Origin: an uncultured Chroococcidiopsis sp.
GTDB lineage: Bacteria > Cyanobacteriota > Cyanobacteriia > Cyanobacteriales > Chroococcidiopsidaceae
Assembly (NCBI GenBank): GCA_964248365.1
Contig: CAXTYC010000004.1
Coordinates: 1 to 64,000 of the forward strand
Direction of reading: 5' to 3'
Length of the DNA stretch: 64,000 nucleotides
How positions within the stretch are numbered: the first letter of the stretch is position 1; every line of letters begins with the position of its first letter. Shown piece after piece: positions 61,123 to 64,000 of this stretch. The notes beneath the pieces were generated by a model. It saw only the letters and a program-made list of their open reading frames with translations, made no database searches and was not told where the DNA came from. Made by a program: the position numbers and the translations under genes.

Positions 61123-61938
61123 ATGAACAAACTAAGCACACCAGAAAAACAGGCGTTTAATCAAGAAAGACGAGAGGTTCTGCAACAGCTAGAAGACTGG
61201 CTCGAAATGCCAATGCTTGTGCTTGGCTTGCTGTGGCTGGCGTTGTTTGTTATCGAGTTGATTTGGGGTTTGAGTCCTCTGCTCGAAGCGATTAGCACAG
61301 TTATTTGGATAATTTTTATTCTAGATTTCACGGTCAAATTTACCATAGCTCCACGCAAGCTTATATATCTTAAGAGCAACTGGCTAAGTGCTATTGCCCT
61401 TTTACTGCCTGCACTGCGCATCTTCCGAATTGCTCGCTTTATCCCAATACTAGGTACGGTACGGGCAACTCGTGGACTGAATTTAGTCCGAGTGATGACA
61501 CGCACTAATCGCGGTATGCGCGCCCTCGGTGTCAGTATGGAGCGTCGCGGCTTCGGCTATGTAGTGGCGCTGACGCTGATTGTTACCCTAGTGGGAGCAG
61601 CTGGGATGTATGCATTTGAACATAATACTCCCAACGGGGAAGGGCTGAATGACTACGGTACGGCGCTATGGTGGACAGCGATGATTATGACTACAATGGG
61701 TTCCCAATACTGGCCCCAAACTGCTGAGGGGCAGGTGCTTTGTTTCTTCCTAGCGCTATATGCTTTTGCCGTCTTTGGTTATGTGACAGCGGCGATCGCC
61801 ACTTTTTTTGTTGGTCGTGATGCCGAAGACAACGAAGGTGAGATAGCAAGTGAAAAATCTATCAATGCACTGCATGAGGAGATTAAAGCCTTACGTGCCG
61901 ATATCCAGGCATCCCGCCAGAACAATGATGCCCTCTAA
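61123..61938 (+). CDS. 6-TM voltage-sensor ion channel (K+-channel-like) with non-canonical filter
   Basis: Arg-rich S4 LRIFRIARF...RATRGLNLVR, pore helix ALWWTAMIMTTMGSQYWPQT, C-terminal coiled coil. Confidence 0.85.
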   Translation: MNKLSTPEKQAFNQERREVLQQLEDWLEMPMLVLGLLWLALFVIELIWGLSPLLEAISTVIWIIFILDFTVKFTIAPRKLIYLKSNWLSAIALLLPALRIFRIARFIPILGTVRATRGLNLVRVMTRTNRGMRALGVSMERRGFGYVVALTLIVTLVGAAGMYAFEHNTPNGEGLNDYGTALWWTAMIMTTMGSQYWPQTAEGQVLCFFLALYAFAVFGYVTAAIATFFVGRDAEDNEGEIASEKSINALHEEIKALRADIQASRQNNDAL

Positions 61939-61975
61939 TTCGCCTTAGTACTTGATTCATTTATTATCTAAAAAC

Positions 61976-62464
61976 ATGAAACGAGAGCCGTCACGCGATT
62001 CTTTAATTAATCTTCTTTTGCCGCTGGCATTAATCTTTGGTTTAGTTCTACTACTAAGTCTCAACGCCGGACAAACCAACACACAGACAGAAAAAGAACC
62101 ATTGGAGACATGGCTCAAGCTGCTAGTTGGCTACTTAGCGGCTGGGGCAGAAATTGCAGCTGCTTTAGTAATTGGTGGTGCAGTGATACGCGGTATTGTT
62201 AATTACGCCCGCCAATTGTTGTCGCGCTCAAGACAACATATTGATTCCACCGAAGCGATCCGCTTGCAATTGGGACGAGTGCTGGCGTTAGGATTGGAAT
62301 TTACCGTCGCAAGTGATATTCTTCGTACTGCTGTTGCACCTACTCGCCAGGATATTTTAAACCTTGGGGCGATCGTCCTTTTGCGAACTCTGCTCAATTA
62401 CTTCTTAGAGCGAGAAATTCAGCAAGGAGAACAAAGCCGTTTAGCTGCTCAAGAACGTAGTTAA
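61976..62464 (+). CDS. DUF1622 membrane protein
   Basis: IRLQLGRVLALGLEFTVASDILRT...LRTLLNYFL.REI. Confidence 0.85.
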   Translation: MKREPSRDSLINLLLPLALIFGLVLLLSLNAGQTNTQTEKEPLETWLKLLVGYLAAGAEIAAALVIGGAVIRGIVNYARQLLSRSRQHIDSTEAIRLQLGRVLALGLEFTVASDILRTAVAPTRQDILNLGAIVLLRTLLNYFLEREIQQGEQSRLAAQERS

Positions 62465-62468
62465 AATT

Positions 62469-62984
62469 ATGAGTCACAAACGTTCAATCGCACCATTACA
62501 GGGAGCAAATCGCCCCGCCAGACGCAGGTTAAGTCTAAAGGGTGAGTTAGCCCTAGCAACAGCACCCACATTAACAGTCTTAGGTGTCCTTGCGCTAGTA
62601 GAAGCGTTGAGTAGGCAGCGCCTTCTATTCGCGTCTTTGGCTTCCAGTGCGTTTCTGATTTACCTCGATCCTCAGCACGGTACAAACACGGTTCGCACCC
62701 TAGTCACTGCACAAATAATGGCAGCAATCATCGGCTTGATTACTCACCTGATCTTGGGTTTTGGCTACTTATCTGGTGGCGTTGCAATGGTGATAACGAT
62801 CGTACTGATGATTTTGCTTGACATAATGCATCCCCCTGCCGTATCCACTTCTCTGAGCTTTGCCTTACGCGCTGGCAATGAAAACAACCTGGTTTTGTTC
62901 GGTTTGGCGGTGGGAATCACTGCCATCCTGGTTGTGCTACAGCGTGTTGCTTTGTGGTTGGTGACTCATTACAGTCGGGAATAA
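62469..62984 (+). CDS. HPP-family membrane protein
   Basis: ASLASSA, MHPPA motif, TM helices. Confidence 0.85.
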   Translation: MSHKRSIAPLQGANRPARRRLSLKGELALATAPTLTVLGVLALVEALSRQRLLFASLASSAFLIYLDPQHGTNTVRTLVTAQIMAAIIGLITHLILGFGYLSGGVAMVITIVLMILLDIMHPPAVSTSLSFALRAGNENNLVLFGLAVGITAILVVLQRVALWLVTHYSRE

Positions 62985-63062
62985 TAGACTTCTTGCTCCA
63001 AGTCGTGAAAGGGGAAAAGGTAAATACAACAGGTTTAAAAGAGGCTGGAGCCGTGAGGCAAT

Positions 63063-64000
63063 CTATTCGCTCGGTAGCACTTCTGGGTTGTCATCTAGCG
63101 AAAGGAGGAATTGAATTAGATCGGTTTGATCTTGCATACTAAAACCAGCCCCAGGATCAACCCAATAGCGATGCCCACTACCGTCTACATTCGACTTGCG
63201 TAAACTTTCATTCTTCCGGTTAGCCTTTATCGCTTCTCTACGTAAACTTCTATCTACCAACACTCGCAAACTTGCCCCAGGATCGGGCAGGATATTTTGC
63301 ATAAGTGTACCTGCCATGCCGATTTGATGGCGATTTGCAACTTCAAAGCGTTTTTTCCCCTGCCGTAGTGCTTCCGCCCCAGCAGCAACACCTCCATCAT
63401 GCAGATATGGCGCGGTAACATAAAGTCCAATCAAACTAGGCACTTTGTAACCGCCCCCGTTACCATCAGCAAAGGCAAGTTTTATATCTTGTTCGGGTGT
63501 GATATCAGTGGGAACATCCAAAACGGGCGGATTAGATGGCAGAGGAACTGATACATTACTCGGATAAGTCTGCGGTGCTTGAAAAATGCGGCGGAATTTT
63601 GCCTGTGCCGTCGCCCGTGAAGGTTGAGTTTTGATTTGCGATTCTGCAATTACATGATTGTTAGTGAAATATCGCCCACTGTGACACTCGGCGCAACCCG
63701 CCTTTGTGAAAATTGCTGCCCCACGCTGTATAGACGTTGCATCCGATGTCTTTACAGGTGGCGGGGCAAGAGTATTTTGAAACGCAGACATTCCATTGAG
63801 TTGGGCAGCAACTGGCATTCCAGGTGAAGAAGCCATCAGCCCATCTAGGATAAACGGTGAACCCTTCGGATATCCAGGCATTGGGATCACCTCGTTAATT
63901 GCTGGTGTGCCTGGTGTTGGATCGTTCTGGGCTAAAAAGTCCGATGGTTTAGCGTTTTGTGGTAGTTTGAATGCGGGAGAGGCAGAATTTTGGAGTATTA
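63063..64000 (-). CDS. c-type cytochrome (di-heme peroxidase-like C-terminal part), 5' end beyond the window
   Basis: CAECH heme motif, YKVPSL.GL..TAPYLHDG, DLIQFLLSL; frame open to the right edge. Confidence 0.75.
   Translation of the reverse strand, partial: ILQNSASPAFKLPQNAKPSDFLAQNDPTPGTPAINEVIPMPGYPKGSPFILDGLMASSPGMPVAAQLNGMSAFQNTLAPPPVKTSDATSIQRGAAIFTKAGCAECHSGRYFTNNHVIAESQIKTQPSRATAQAKFRRIFQAPQTYPSNVSVPLPSNPPVLDVPTDITPEQDIKLAFADGNGGGYKVPSLIGLYVTAPYLHDGGVAAGAEALRQGKKRFEVANRHQIGMAGTLMQNILPDPGASLRVLVDRSLRREAIKANRKNESLRKSNVDGSGHRYWVDPGAGFSMQDQTDLIQFLLSLDDNPEVLPSE

Noticed and set aside
1..64000. Very frequent GCGATCGC octamer
   Set aside because: This is HIP1, a well-known cyanobacterial feature; used only as a taxonomic clue

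Overview
Cyanobacterial chromosomal segment, judged from dense HIP1 GCGATCGC octamers, heptamer STRR-type tandem repeats, chlB and a Tab2-family gene. It is mostly housekeeping genes (mnmE, rph, chlB, frr, pyrH, speB, pheS, surE, ribF, mltA) with many small accessory insertions. Main points: (1) the 5' part of a group II intron on the minus strand runs off the left edge; (2) a CruE/CrtU-like carotenoid desaturase lies in tandem with a Rieske oxygenase, probably for aromatic carotenoids; (3) a dNTP locus holds a multidomain ThyA-type thymidylate synthase and a dCTP deaminase interrupted by a 383-aa HNH-type intein; (4) a MoxR/DUF58/DUF4350/DUF4129/SpoIIM/RDD cluster is interrupted by a symporter and by a divergent methyltransferase-desaturase pair; (5) a DTE-motif cyanorhodopsin-like proton pump is followed by a voltage-sensor ion channel with a non-canonical filter, DUF1622 and an HPP protein, the best candidate for an undescribed system; (6) there are several pseudogenes, MITE/REP-like palindromes and tandem repeats translated in frame inside proteins. 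No tRNA, rRNA or CRISPR array was recognised. All family assignments come from motif recognition by eye, not database searches.
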